Shown: positions 34,284 through 47,706 of the stretch, one piece after another | How the letters are laid out: every line of letters starts with the position of its first letter | Numbering within the stretch: the stretch's first letter is position 1 | Source: Mytilus edulis | Lineage: Eukaryota | DNA: 64,000 nt | Reading direction: 5' to 3' | Assembly (NCBI RefSeq): GCF_963676685.1 | Contig: NC_092350.1 | Coordinates: 29,946,001 to 30,010,000 of the forward strand | Notes under the pieces: model-generated | What the model was told of the DNA's origin: nothing | What the model saw: only the letters and a program-made list of their open reading frames with translations | Database searches by the model: none | Translations under genes and position numbers: made by a program

Positions 34284-37200
34284 GTAGGTATATAGTAAAA
34301 AGTCATTACATGTCAGACTTGGGGTAATTGTAATTGTAATCATTATTCAGCTGTAATTGATTACAATTTTTCAAGTAATCAGTGTAATCATTAATCAGCC
34401 AAAAATCTGATTACATGTAATTTAATTTAATCAATTACTTTTCAAAATACCCTGTAATCATGATTACTATTTGATTACTTCTGATTACAATGAAAAAAAT
34501 CTAAAATTGTGTTTTGGTCATTAAATGAACCTCTTTGTTATTCATATTTGATAAATTTTTAACATACTAAAATGGTTTGGTTCCTTTACGCATGTCTATT
34601 TCAGTAAAAAATAAACTGTTACAGTATTGAAAAGTCATCATTAGCCTAAGCAGAGACATATAATACAATTATATACCTTTTATCTTGGTAAAAGATATTG
34701 TACATACATGTATATTCATCATTTTATAATGATCTTCACATTAATATTTGATAATAACTGTTAAATATTCAAGTAATACTTTTCTTTAACCCTGAATTAT
34801 AATCTTTTGTCAGTCAGAGATATAACTCTATAGGGTTATTACAGAAAATAACTTACATGTGTTATTTCAGATACTTTTCTTTAAATTTTCTAAATCTGTA
34901 ATAACATATGTTTGTTATTTGTAAAATTAGTTAATCTATATAGTGGCCTCTAGGGAACTCTTGAGACTTTGCGCAGAAACTAAATGCATAGTCTTGATAA
35001 TTAATTTTTAAATTGACTAAATACATTTTTGATTAACCATGGTTAATCAATGAGACAAGGCTATTAAAGAATTAACTTAGGTGTGATAACAAGGCTTAGT
35101 TATTAAAGGAATGTAACTTATTATATAAGACACTTGGGAATTACTGAGAAACTTGCGCAGAACCTCATTACATGCTCTGGTCATTATTTCTTACAATAAA
35201 CCAAAATACATTGTAATTAAGCATGATTTATGTCTGAGCAAATGCTTTGAAATGATATAGAGAAGCTGTGATAACACCCTTTAGTTATTACAGGCATATT
35301 TTTTCTGTAATAACATATAGGTGTACTATTCAAAATTGGAATACTATGAACTGTAACACCTTTCAATAGTTAAGTATACATAAAGGACAATAGTAATATC
35401 AATAGAAATTGTATACATTTTAACTAAACTTATGATGTATATTGTCCCTTTGAAACATGTAACATAGGTATGTTATCGCAGTTCTTTGATTTTTTAGTCC
35501 ACAATAACAAATGTATGTTATTTTCCTGTAATAACCCTATAGAGTTATATCCCTGACTGTTTGTTAATTTTTTTGTGATTTTTATCAACTTTGAATTGAC
35601 AGGTTGGAGACTAATTAAGGTTTGTTTTTATTGCAATTACAAATTGAGTATAGCTGTAGGGAAATATATGATAAAAGATAAATCAGACATGAACATTTAT
35701 CTGATTAGCACAAACTAAATTAAAAGATGGACAAATATGTTGTTTAATTTTTTTTTGTATTTGGACTGGACATGTAAAATGCAATGATTTTTAGTACTTA
35801 CATATTGTTTACAATTCGATTAAACACTTCTATTCAAATTTAACATAGTTTTAACTGGTAACTTTATTTCATCCATACTTAAACTTCCATAAACTGCAAA
35901 ATGGAATACATATAAATTATGATACAACTCTATTCCTAAAACCTAAAGAAGAAATCCGAACAGCATTAAATATAATCGAAATTTTTGGAACTTTTTCTGG
36001 ATTACAACTTAACAAAAATAAAACAGAAGGAATTTGGATTGGTAAACTAAAGCATTGTAGAGATAAGGTAGATGAAATCAATTTCACGGACAAACCTGTT
36101 AAAGTGCTAGGTATATATTTCGGCATTAATAAAAAAGATTGTGAAAAATTAAATTGGGATACTAGATTTGAAAAGAGTCGAAATCTGATTACATCGTGGA
36201 AAAAAAGAAACTTAACCATTTTAGGTAAAATTCTTATAGTTAAAACTCTCATTATACCACAATTTACTTTTTTAGAAAATGTTACAGTTTTAAGTAACTC
36301 AAAAATAGTTGATATAGAAAGAGAAATCTTTAGTTTCATATGGAATAGTAAAAAAGACAAAGTTAAAAGACATACTTTGGTAACAGATTACAACCAGGGA
36401 GGGCTTAAAATGACCGACATAAAAAGCTACTTCTCCTCTCTTAAAATAAGATGGGTCTCTAGATTGCTACAGGCAAAACAAGAAAATTGGACATTAATAC
36501 CAAAGCTATTTTAAAATAAATTAGGAGAAAATTTCCTCATTTTTAGAATGAATTTAAACAAACAAACTTTAAAAAAACTAGATTACATAACTAAGGACAT
36601 TCCAGAATTTTATTTAGAAATAATAAAAAGTTGGATTCTATTTCATGAAACGAACAACACAGAATTGAAAAACTTTGTCGAAATAAGAAAGCAAGTTATA
36701 TGGGGTAATAAATTTATAAAATTTCAAAACAAGCCGCTTATTATGCTTAACTGGATACACAGTGATTTTATTTATATTAACAATATTATTGACGATGATG
36801 GAAAAATTTCCCAAGATAAAATATTTAAAAAACTGCGAAACACTAAAATTGGATAGCAGAAATTTCAAAAGTCAAAAACTCAATTCCAACCTCATGGCTA
36901 AAAGCTTTAGCTACGGAAGAATCCATCAAATAAAAAGTAAATTTTAACAGATTATTTATCAATGTAAACAAAGAAAACATTGAAATTGAAATTTAAGCAA
37001 CAAAAACGTGTATCAATTGCTCGTTCAAAAAAAAAATTCTCCAAACATTGGCATAAATAAATGGAAAAATGAATTAGAAATAAATTATAATTTTACCAAA
37101 TACATGTTTAAGTTTATACACCAACATTTAAAACTGAATAAACTTAAAATGTTTAGATGGAAATTAATAAGTTGCATTTTACCAAATAGAGAAAATCTCT

Positions 37201-40200
37201 ACAAATGAAAATCGACACTAGTCCATTTTGTTAACTTTTTAACTTAAAGACACGTATCAACATTTTTTTATCGAATGTAAATTTCTAAAAGAATTTTGGG
37301 AAATCATTAATAAAATCTTATCTCAAATGAATTTTAATAAAAACATTAACTTAAAAGATATTGTAATAGGCTACAAAATAACAGATAATGAGTATATCGG
37401 ATTCAATATAATTCTGACACTGACTGATAGGATTTGCTATCTACAAATCATACTATGTATCCAATCAAAGAAATAAATCTACTAATGTATTCAATCTCTT
37501 TAAATCTGAATTTGACGAATATGTAAGATCCTACAATCTACAAGAATATACTACAGTTCAAGTGCTTCACACTTTAATTTCTCCAAAAATAAAACACTCT
37601 TTTCTCTGTTACATGTATCATGTGTATTTGTAGTAGTGAATTGAAAATAGTAGCATTTTTTTATATTGAGGGTGGGCAGGGACCTCTATATTTTCATTGA
37701 AGTGGGGTTACAATATATAAGGGCTTTCTGATCAATTTCCTTCAGTTCAAATGTTGTCTACTTTGTCATGAGTTTGCAAAATTCATCTGTTTCACAAAAG
37801 GTTTAAATTTATTTTATGAATAAAAGAGTGTCAGGAATATGAGATAGACACACAGAATATACCTTTATAATAGCCTCTGAGCATATATCTTTTTCATAAT
37901 TGAAATAAGTTTAATGGTCTAAACAAGATTACTTAATAGCTGACTATGCCATGTTGTCTTTGCTCATTGTTGAAGGCTGTACGGTGACCTATAGCTGTTA
38001 ATTTCTGTGTATTTGGTCTCTTGTGGAGAGTTGTCTCAAAAGCAATCATACCACATCTTCTTTTTATACATGTTATAGTAAACCTATTCCTGTTTAAAGA
38101 ATATCACTGTAACTTAAACATTTAAACAAAATCATAAGCTGTAAATGTAACATGCTTTAATTTTCATTATTTTAATTTTAAAGATAGACAGAAGAATCAC
38201 TGCTTTTATTGAACAGAAAAGACAAGAAGTAGATGAGTACAATAGGAAAGAGTTCTGTTCTGTTTTCACAGATGAGGGTATGTAGTATTTCCTGTAGCTT
38301 TTAGCTACTCTTTTTACAGGAAAAGTTATACTGAAATGTTCATACTTTTACTCGTACGATTTTTCGTGAAAAGAGCTGCAGGTCAGTGTCTTGTATGGGG
38401 AATAAATCATCCTATTGACATATGCTTATCTATATTATATTTAGATCTTGATGACAGTTGTGCCAGAGTCAATGCTGTGTTTTTATCTAGACCTGGTGGA
38501 AAGAGCCACATCAAAGGTGAGAAATATTTATGCCCCATTTATGGGTATATGTTTTTCGGTCTATGCATCCTTTCCTTCCTCTCTGACTGTGTGGCCTGCC
38601 TCAAGTTTAATTTTTGGTCAAGGTAGTTTTTGATTAAGTTAGAAGTCCAATCAACTTGTAACTTAGTACACATGTTCCCTTTGATATAATCTTTCTAATT
38701 TTAATGCAAAATTAGAGTGTTGATCCCAATTTCAAGGTCAACTGATCATAGAAAATCATAGTTCAAGTGGGGCATCCGTGTACTATGGACACATTCTTGT
38801 TTTTGTATGTTTATCCGTCACAGGTTTTCAATGTAAAAAGGTTGCATCATATTTTTTGAAAATCAGTGTCGTCATTTCTTGATAACACAAAGTTTAATAG
38901 CCTCTATAAGTTTAGATTAATTTCCCTTTGTATTGTCAAATGTGTAAAATGTTAGACATGAAATCAGGGTTGATACCTAATATAACGTATTCATTGATTC
39001 AGAATAAAAGTGAGACAAAAGATACCAATTGGATATTCAAACTCATAAATAAAAAACAAACTGATAATGCCATGGCAAACAATGAAAAACTATCATCAGA
39101 CACAAATCTGTATACATGTCACTAAATAGAAAACTATCATCAGACACATTTCTGTATACATGTCACTAAATAGAAAACTATCATCAGAAACATTTCTGTA
39201 TACATGTCACTAAATAGAAAACTATCATCAGACACATTTCTGTATACATGTCACTAAATAGAAAACTATCATCAGACACATTTCTGTATACATTTCACTA
39301 AATAGAAAACTATCATCAGACACATTTCTGTATACACGTCACTAAATAGAAAACTATCATCAGACACATTTCTGTATACACGTCACTAAATAGAAAACTA
39401 TCATCAGAAACATTTCTGTATACATGTCACTAAATAGAAAACTATCATCAGACACATTTCTGTATACATGTCACTAAATAGAAAACTATCATCAGACACA
39501 AATCTGTATACATGTCACTAAATAGAAAACTATCATCAGACACATTTCTGTATACATGTCACTAAATAGAAAACTATCATCAGACACATTTCTGTATACA
39601 TGACACTAAATATAAATAAAGAGCTGCTGAACCAACGCCTCTTAAGTTTTGTGCTAGTAGAGTTTCCTTAAGTGGATACCAGATGGTATGCAGGGTTGTC
39701 AGATAAAAAAATCAAATACCTCTACATTGACAACAACACTTAAGTAAACTGCATCTTTTATTGTCGACATGTTTCGCCGATTAGATCGGCTTCATGAGGA
39801 CAAAGTATACAAAATTAGAACCCCTGAAGTAATCGGCGAAATATGTCGACAATAAAAGAGGCAGTTTACTTAAGTGTTGTTGTCAATGTAGCGGTATGTC
39901 ACTAAATAGAAAACTAAAGACTGAGCAACACACACCCTATCAAAATACATGGTGATCTCAGGTGCACCTGAAGGGTAAATAGATACTGCTACAAATGTGG
40001 CATATACACATGTGATAAAGGTATTAAATATGTACTGAAATACATGTATACTATTAACTCCTGCTCCAACAAAATCATCATATATAATAATATCTGATCA
40101 ATCTTCCAAGCTAATCAATGTCATATTTTGAATAATAGATCAATGATATTATTGAGATATTTCTATTGAAGTTTCAAAAGTGGTAAATCTCCATGGTCCT

Positions 40201-43200
40201 CAGACACTAATCACCAGTCCACTGAAAATTAAGGAAGAAAAACCAGATGATGTTCTCCCAGGAGTTGACGAGAGGCTTCGTAACATAGAGGAACATCTTA
40301 AGATCAAATCAGGTACATGTATAAATATATTATTTATTGTTGGGTTCTTTCATTTTCAGTAGGGCCTAAATTAAAATATTGTTTGTTTGCCCTTTTCCGA
40401 CCCTATATTTTGAAACAGGGTAGGTAGGTAGGTAAAATATTTTATTTTTTTCCCAAAAAAAATACTTGACTCGGTATATTTTTTGTCATGGGTAGGCAGG
40501 TAGGTATAATATTTTATTTAATAGATACAAAATCTGCATAATGTCATTTTTGTCTGTTTTGCTTTTGCAAATGAGTTTTCTGGGACTATAAGTTTTGAAA
40601 AAAAAATATCGCGTAGAATGTGAAGCTAATTCATATGCACTACTATTTTGTTTTCAAATATCAAAATATAGAGCCGTGTCGCATATTTTCAACGTTTATA
40701 TGCCTGGAACTTTTGAAGAGTTTGAACTTGCACTTATATTCTGTACTACGTACATTGTACTGTCACGGAATAGAAGATCCTTCATAATATAAGTCCCAAA
40801 TGGAAACAATATTCTGGAATATTATTTCCACTGGAATAAATATTACAGAAAATTTTCCTAACCTGCTAACGGAATAAATGATATAGACTATTGTTCCAAC
40901 AGGAACAGATAATATGGCATTGTTTATAACAAAGTTTCCATTGGAACTTCTGTTAGGTGGAAAAAATATACGTTGACAGTAAGCTTACCTAAAGGGTAAG
41001 ATATGTCCGGGCAGACATACATTACTAGTAGAAAAAGTCCCTAGAGTGTTTAAAATTTCGTGTGTGCCTTTGTTTCCAATAAAAATGCTACAAGACTTAA
41101 AACTCAATTGTCACGTATTTTACATCGCATTTATAAATAATCTGTATGGAAAAATTGGCAATTTTACTGCCAAATATTCTCCACTTTACAGGCTTTTGTC
41201 ACCTTTGGTCCATGTCGGATAAAAATAATATAGCGGCATCGTTAACATAATCATCCTGATTGCTGATCACAAAAGGTCATCCCTACATAGAATACAACGT
41301 CCGTTTACAAAATAGTTTGTACACACGTTGATAATTTTGTATCAAACGAACTTTTTTTAAATGAACCCTGCTATTCAGATATAAAGGTACAGAGTAACGT
41401 ACGTCATTTCATTGTTTCAGAAAGCGTTCAGCATCGATTTCAAACAAATGCTTTGAAACTTCAACTGTTCAAATGCAAGTGTTCATGTCAAATGCTCACG
41501 TGATACCAAATGGACTGGACCTTATACGTTAAAAAGATAAAACCCGAGGATTCCGATAAAAAAGTTTTGAGTGGGAAATACAAATATAAGATTTTTAGTA
41601 GGAACGAAAAAATAAAATAAAATATAATCTTGCTGGTAAAAACAAATAAAAGATTTTCAGGCGGAACAAATTTATAGGGTCGGTCGGTAAAGGGCAAACA
41701 AACAATATTTTAATTTAAGCCTAGACCAAATTACTGTATGGAACTATAATGACAAAATATAGATTGATCAATTAAAATTAAAAACTGTTAAAATAATTTG
41801 CTGTCAAGTTTTTGAATTCAATATAATTCTATAGTTTTCATTTATATTAACTTAATTTGTACTGATATATTTGCTTGAAACAGCAACGTATTTCTTTAAT
41901 AAAGGCTAATAAGGGTATTTATCGCCCTTTACTTCGCTTATATCACCTTGCTCAGTTTCTCCCTAATTCACTGCTTTGAGATGAGAGCAGGCATTATTAG
42001 TGACATCACAATGTGAGAGGATACGTTATCAAGCTTGCTTTCGTCAAGCGTAAAACTGTCTTAGGGAGGGGGAAATACCAGTTCTAGAACAATAAATAGA
42101 TAGTCTGGTTTTCTTCGTATAGATAACGTAAAATATCAGCTGCTTGACACTATGTGAACTCAACAAAAGGTTCACATTGTAGCTCACAGCTGATCTTTCA
42201 CAATATCAATGTGTAGAAAACTTAATAATCTATACTTATTTTATGTTTTTATTTTTACAGGTCCAAAGATAAATAAAACTAATGTATATAGTAGGCTGAA
42301 ACAACTGGAGAATAGAATTTTATACCTGGAAGGAATCTCCCCAGAATATTTTGACCGCAGTGTAAGTTTTATATGATAGATGGAAGAAAAATTGAATTGT
42401 CAAGCATTCTTGGTACTCATTGCTTTCCCAAAGTTTGCATTTAAGCCTATGTGAAATTCAAACTATCTTCAGTTCATCATCTCCCATGACATCAACAAAA
42501 ATGGGATCCAACGAATAGTAATGAATTAAGAGTATTTTTTTTAGTGTATTTAATTCAATATTGATGAAACATAGATTCATTTTGGAGCTGTAAGAGACGA
42601 AATAAAAAGTTCAATGTAGGATAAAAAACTTAATTCATACAGTTTTTACCAGACCCTGACCCCCCCCCCCCCCCCCCCCCCCCCCCTTTCTTAACTTGAT
42701 TTGGAAAAATTTGATTGACTAATAAGGATATTTATAAAATCGATGTCAATTAAACAAAACCTGCAGCAATTTTTACCCCCCACCCACAAACTATTTGAAT
42801 ACAGTTTTTTATCCTTCATTGATTTTTTTATGTCGTCCCTTAATAGCTTGCTATTGACATGAAAAACGATTTTATTTTCAAACACTATCCTCAGAATGCA
42901 AATTGTACAAACTGGATGTATTTTTAATATATATCTAGGATTATTCATCTTTTTATATATTGATATAGGAAAGATGTGGTGTGAGTGCCAATGAGACAAC
43001 TCTCCATCCAAATAACCATTTATAAAAGTAAACAATTATAGGTCAATGTACGGCCTTCAACATGGAGCCTTGGCTCTCACCGAACAAAAAGGTAAAAAGG
43101 GCCCCAAAATTACTAGTGTAAAACCATTCAAATGTCTAATCTATATAAAACACGAGAAACGAGAAACACATATAAATTAATAAACAAATGACAACTACTG

Positions 43201-46200
43201 TACATCAGATTCCTGACTTAGGACAGGTGCAAACATTTGCAGCGGGATTAAACGTTTTAATGGTACCAAACCTTCTCCCTTTTTCTGAAACAATAGCATA
43301 ACATCACAACATAAAAAAACACAAATAAAATATCAATTGGAAGGCTTAACTCAATCAAAAAACGTAAATTAACACACTATGTACGAATAAATTTGATCTG
43401 CGATACCTGAATGCAAATATACAGTTAATAAAATATTAGGGACAAACATTCAAGGCCAAAAAGCAAACAAACAAGTCCAAACAAAGCCATGGCAAGACAC
43501 CACAGCAAAATATTTAACCCTTCGAAAATAATCACTTTTGAAAAAAAAAACCGGTTTTAATGATATCTACAGGTAAATGAAAAATAACTTTGTTGTTTTA
43601 GGTATACTACTTATGTGTATAAAATTCTTCTAATAATTAGGAATACCAAGAAAGTTCTGTCATATAAATTCATAATTAAGCACTAGATACAAATTGGGGT
43701 AAATATCGACAATAAAACTATACAATTAGAGCTAGCTAAAACTTCCCGGTACAGATTTAAGGAGTCAACTTATTTATTGTCAACTTAGTTAAACTCTAAT
43801 TTGATAAGTAATAAATCAGTGGCGGATCCAGGGGGAGGGTTCCGGGGGTGCGCACCCCCCTTTATTTTTGCCCATCAATGCATTTGTATCGGGACATATG
43901 TTTTGCACCCCCCCTGCACCCCCCCTTTGCCCTGGGTTAGCACCCCCTTTTTCGAAAATTCCTGCATCCGCCCCTGTAAATTAACTTTACAATTATACTG
44001 CATACATCAGTACATAAATATATATGTAGGACTCTAAAGTGCGATGGGGACGCTAAAGTATGATGGTCACGCTAAAGTGCGATAGTCTAGGCTAAAGTGC
44101 GATGCTTCCATACGCTAAAGTGCGATGGTTCGCGAAAGGTTAGACGTCCGAAACGTAGTTGGATAATGACGTTAACAGTCGTACATACAAATCTAAAATG
44201 AACATGCCGGAAGATAGATTAGGAATATTTGATTAACAACTTTTACACCCAAAAAAATCATGATTTACTGGTAATTGAATTAAACTTAACCGTTCTTTGT
44301 CGGATGAAGCACATTATTTATTTTTTATCGTGCTGGAAGAAGGACTTGTATCTTACAGTTGACCATTTTACTATATTAGGTGTAATACCACCATTGATTT
44401 TCCCCTATTAGTCTTTGTTAAATTTGCACTTTTCAAAAAATTGTGCAGAATTTATCTTTGTTTCAAATAAAGAAATACTTGGCATGAGTAAAGTTTTATC
44501 CTGTCCAGTTCTATAGAAAAAGTTTCACATAACATTTCATTGCATATAAGAAAATAACCATCATTGTAAGTTAACCAATCAAATTTCTCCCCTTATTCTA
44601 TCTATGTACAAGGTTTAGTCACCATGTAACCTCAAGATTACAAAATTTTCTATAGAAATCACAAATAAAAAATAATGGTGTTTTGAAATACCCAAGACAT
44701 ATGTTTATGACACAGAAATAGTTTTACTGCAATAAAATGTAGGATTAATTACCTACAATGGTCAAATTCAAGGGAATATTTTTTTAGACCTACTTTCGTA
44801 TGCAACCGGATGTGACGTACCATGATTTGGTGGTATTACACCTAAAGAAGACCTTTTTGTTCAATAAACTGAATGTGACTTTTTCCCTTTGTAATACTGG
44901 TTATTTCAAGCATTTCTGTCAAGTTTTGTCATAATCAGTTCAATAGTTTGAGAAAAATCTAGTATATTGAAAGACGACATCTACAGCGATTCAAGCAAAT
45001 TTTTTTCAACAAATCCAAACCAAGCCGCATCAAGATAGAATAGACTGTGGACCAATAAATGATCAAATATCTATCTTATCTGCCTACAAACAGTTGAAAA
45101 TGATACACAAGATGATTTTAGGAACATAAAATACCACTAATAAACCTCTTTGTCTTCTTTATAAGGTCTCTTTGGGTCAATTTATACCTCTCATTTCCTC
45201 AAAATTTCAACTTTTCAGGCCAATAAATAAAAATATTGGGGTAACTTTCAATCATTTATGGTGGAAATGTTATAAGAAATGAGTGATGGAAGCATTTTAG
45301 CAGAATAAACAATCCATATAAAAGTTTACTGTCTCCATGAAGGTTTCAATAAGTCCTTACGTAAAAATTAAATTTACGCCGCGTTCCAAAGAAGGACATA
45401 AAAGGCTTCTCTTTTAGTGAATAACTTGTCGTTACAACATTAAAAATAATTTCATCTACTTATAACTATATATTTATTTAAGTATTACCTAGGAAAATGT
45501 TATATCATAGCAAAATATAAGAAATAAGGAGAAAAAGCCCACCCCCCTCCAAAAAAATAAATATATGCACTTAGTATGGCTTGTTCTGTCAACTGAATAT
45601 TCATGGTACAGTCCTATTTCAAGACAATTTTCTCATAAAATGTGTTTTGGAGACTCAATCCACTCAGAATATTTCATTTTTTGTATTATTTCACTTAAAT
45701 AGCAAGAAATTTTAACACATGAGATTACTCACAAGGCCATAGGTGCATGTACAGCTTCCCATATTAGGTGTAATACCACCATTGATTTTCCCCTATTAGT
45801 CTTTGTTAAATTTGCACTTTTCAAAAAATTGTGCAGAATTTATCTTTGTTTCAAATAAAGAAATACTTGGCATGAGTAAAGTTTTATCCTGTCCAGTTCT
45901 ATAGAAAAAGTTTCACATAACATTTCATTGCATATAAGAAAATAACCATCATCGTAAGTTAACCAATCAAATTTCTCCCCTTATTCTATCTATGTACAAG
46001 GTTTAGTCACCATGTAACCTCAAGATTACAAAATTTTCTATAGAAATCACAAATAAAAAATAATGGTGTTTTGAAATACCCAAGACATATGTTTATGACA
46101 CAGAAATAGTTTTACTGCAATTTATGTGGCAGTTTACTTTGAGATCCCCGTTAAAATGCTGTCGACTTTAATGAAAGTAATGTCAGTAAAATAGAGATAC

Positions 46201-47706
46201 ATGTGTGCATGCGTGAATTATAAATTATCTGCTCTTAAACATTAGTATGTTCTGTACTTTGTAGGAAAATAAAACATGTATTTGCACTCACTACTAAAAA
46301 GGAAAAAGCTTGGCGAACATTTCCTTTCTCTCGCATTCAAATTAAATTTTATACTAATAAATGTTGCATATTCCGACAATGAACAAATTTTGTATTTGTT
46401 ATTTACAATGAAGACTGTATGGGAGGTTGTAACATGAGTGTGAACGGCAATCTACACTAATTATCCAAATATGCAATAAGCTCCGAATTGTTAAAAAATC
46501 ATTTTACATGAAATAAAATATTTTGCGACACATAAATTACCCTTTTAGAAATTATAACGTGGTAGGTCTTCTAAATTTAGAAACAATTATTTACCCTTTT
46601 GGTCCATAATTTCAACAGATGTCCTAAGAAATAAATTTGAATAACACTTTATTTATATATTTTCAGGTTCCTCCACAAAAACAAAGAAAGGTAGATAGAT
46701 TTGTAAAACAGGAAACCAGTGTTGATCAGGTAAGTCTAGAAACTATCTGTGCTCTTTAAATAAATACTTATTTTAGCTTTTCTATCCCCGTTGAAAGCAG
46801 TCAGATATAATTATCTTCACCTCTATTTGTTAAAGAATTTATTTGTCTGTCACATGATTGCTGTACAAATAAAGGTACCAGTTGACCAAGTTCTATTAAA
46901 TCATACATATATCATGGATATTTTAATCATAGACAGGTTTGCAGTTTTCAATTATGAAATCTATTTTCCAATAGTTGTTTATTCAAAATTTAATGTAAAG
47001 AAAAATTATCCTATTTATAAAATCAGCAAATTGGGGAAAAACTATGTGAAAACAAAAAAGTGGGAACAGATACTAAAAAAAAATATTTTGTAAAAAAAAA
47101 ACACTTTAAAATAGTAAAATTTTATCTTTTAAGTGACCATTTACTAATATGAGGCAGGCATAACCTGTGAATGGGGACAAAGTCTATGATTATTTTTAAA
47201 TCAACAATGATCAACAATGTTCAAGAGAGGAACGGAAATACCGTAACGTTTCCGATTTTGGTTCTGTTGTTAGGGATTTTAGTTGTGATGTTATTTAAGT
47301 TAAACAAAGAAACGCTGTCATCAGGTAACGTTTTTTTAATAACAAACATTTTTTTTTAAATGAATTAGTATTAGTTCCTTTCTTAGACTGATAAATATAC
47401 ATTTTATTCAAAGTCTCATGTGAACAAGACCGGAAACGGAAGTAGGTTTCTGCGCAGAACCGGAAATTCAAAAATGCGACCAATAAAAAATTCAGGAAAT
47501 TTTCTCGATTTTTTTTTTTTATTGAATTTTCTACTGTAATTGGGGACTCCGTCCTCATATAAATCAGTATTGATGAAGAGAAATTTGTGCTCTTATTACA
47601 TTGTTATATTTTCTTTCAGGAATTAAGTTTAGATGATATTGATGCCAAGATGTCAAACTTGCGAGAGAAATTAAAACGAAAGTTTGTCAGTGGTAGCCAA
47701 ACTTGA
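34122..47706 (+). CDS. MBIP: MAP3K12-binding inhibitory protein 1 (ATAC complex subunit), 7 coding exons, 239 aa
   Basis: Exons 34122-34283, 38184-38277, 38445-38516, 40172-40312, 42261-42361, 46667-46729 and 47620-47706; all introns GT-AG with consistent phases (720 nt). The protein ...IQIKASKDEIDRRITAFIEQKRQEVDEYNRKEFC...SCARVNAVF...KSHIKVSKVVNLHGPQT...VDERLRNIEEHL...RLKQLENRILYLEGISPEYF matches the conserved MBIP C-terminal region as I recall it. Confidence 0.92.
34811..35559. mobile_element. MITE with ~45-bp TIRs and 5-bp TSD (TTTGT)
   Basis: TTTGT|CAGTCAGAGATATAACTCTATAGGGTTATTACAG...CTGTAATAACCCTATAGAGTTATATCCCTGACTG|TTTGT. Confidence 0.85.
35920..37540 (+). pseudogene. Decayed Tx1/L1-like LINE ORF2 3' half in an MBIP intron
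   Basis: DTTLFL...SGLQLNKNKTEGIWIG, LGIYF, WKKRNLTILGKILIVKTL, GGLKMTDI, IWGNKFI; several stops and frameshifts. Confidence 0.85.
38184..38277 (+). CDS. MBIP: MBIP coding exon 2
   Basis: TTTTAAAG|ATAGAC...; IDRRITAFIEQKRQEVDEYNRKEFCSVFTDE; donor GTATGT. Confidence 0.9.
38445..38516 (+). CDS. MBIP: MBIP coding exon 3
   Basis: DLDDSCARVNAVFLSRPGGKSHIK; donor GTGAGA. Confidence 0.9.
39084..39612. repeat. Minisatellite, 44-bp unit, ~12 copies
   Basis: Unit GAAAACTATCATCAGACACATTTCTGTATACATGTCACTAAATA, expanded inside a dispersed repeat. Confidence 0.95.
39716..39897. repeat. 68-bp inverted repeat containing a minimal hammerhead motif (Penelope-like terminus)
   Basis: Arms 39716-39783 and 39830-39897 with ~3 mismatches. 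Minus strand of 39761-39803 reads TTGTC-CTCATGA-A-GCCGA TCTAA TCGGC-GAAA-CAT-GTC-GACAA. Confidence 0.8.
40172..40312 (+). CDS. MBIP: MBIP coding exon 4
   Basis: VSKVVNLHGPQT...GVDERLRNIEEHLKIKS; donor GTACAT. Confidence 0.9.
40363..41721. mobile_element. Non-autonomous TIR element with 3-bp TSD (TAG), Harbinger-like
   Basis: TAG|GGCCTAAATTAAAATATTGTTTGTTTGCCCTTT ... AAAGGGCAAACAAACAATATTTTAATTTAAGCC|TAG. Confidence 0.8.
42261..42361 (+). CDS. MBIP: MBIP coding exon 5
   Basis: TTTTTACAG|GT CCA; GPKINKTNVYSRLKQLENRILYLEGISPEYFDRS; donor GTAAGT. Confidence 0.92.
42660..42686. repeat. Poly(C) tract, 27 nt
   Basis: Uninterrupted C run. Confidence 0.95.
42968..43310 (+). repeat. Dispersed repeat (longest copy of the GAAGATGTGG family)
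   Basis: Homologous to the copies at 1416, 48091 and 37936-38066 (-). Confidence 0.7.
43817..43976. mobile_element. MITE with CAG termini and 5-bp TSD (TAAAT)
   Basis: TAAAT|CAGTGGCGGAT...ATCCGCCCCTG|TAAAT. Confidence 0.85.
44379..44842. mobile_element. MITE with TTA/TAA flanks, Harbinger-like
   Basis: TTA|GGTGTAATACCACCA ... TGGTGGTATTACACC|TAA. Confidence 0.75.
45767..46120. mobile_element. Truncated near-identical second copy of the 44379 MITE
   Basis: Direct repeat of 44379-44732 with about 1 difference seen; right TIR absent. Confidence 0.85.
46667..46729 (+). CDS. MBIP: MBIP coding exon 6
   Basis: TTTTCAG|GTT CCT; VPPQKQRKVDRFVKQETSVDQ; donor GTAAGT; phase 0-0. Confidence 0.8.
47151..47556. 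mobile_element. Possible MITE with GAG termini and ATAT TSD (Sola-like)
   Basis: ATAT|GAGG ... CCTC|ATAT; the TIR match is short, so support is weak. Confidence 0.3.
47620..47706 (+). CDS. MBIP: MBIP last coding exon
   Basis: TTCTTTCAG|GAA; ELSLDDIDAKMSNLREKLKRKFVSGSQT*; AATAAA at ~47899 and ~47923. Confidence 0.85.
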   Translation, partial: ELSLDDIDAKMSNLREKLKRKFVSGSQT

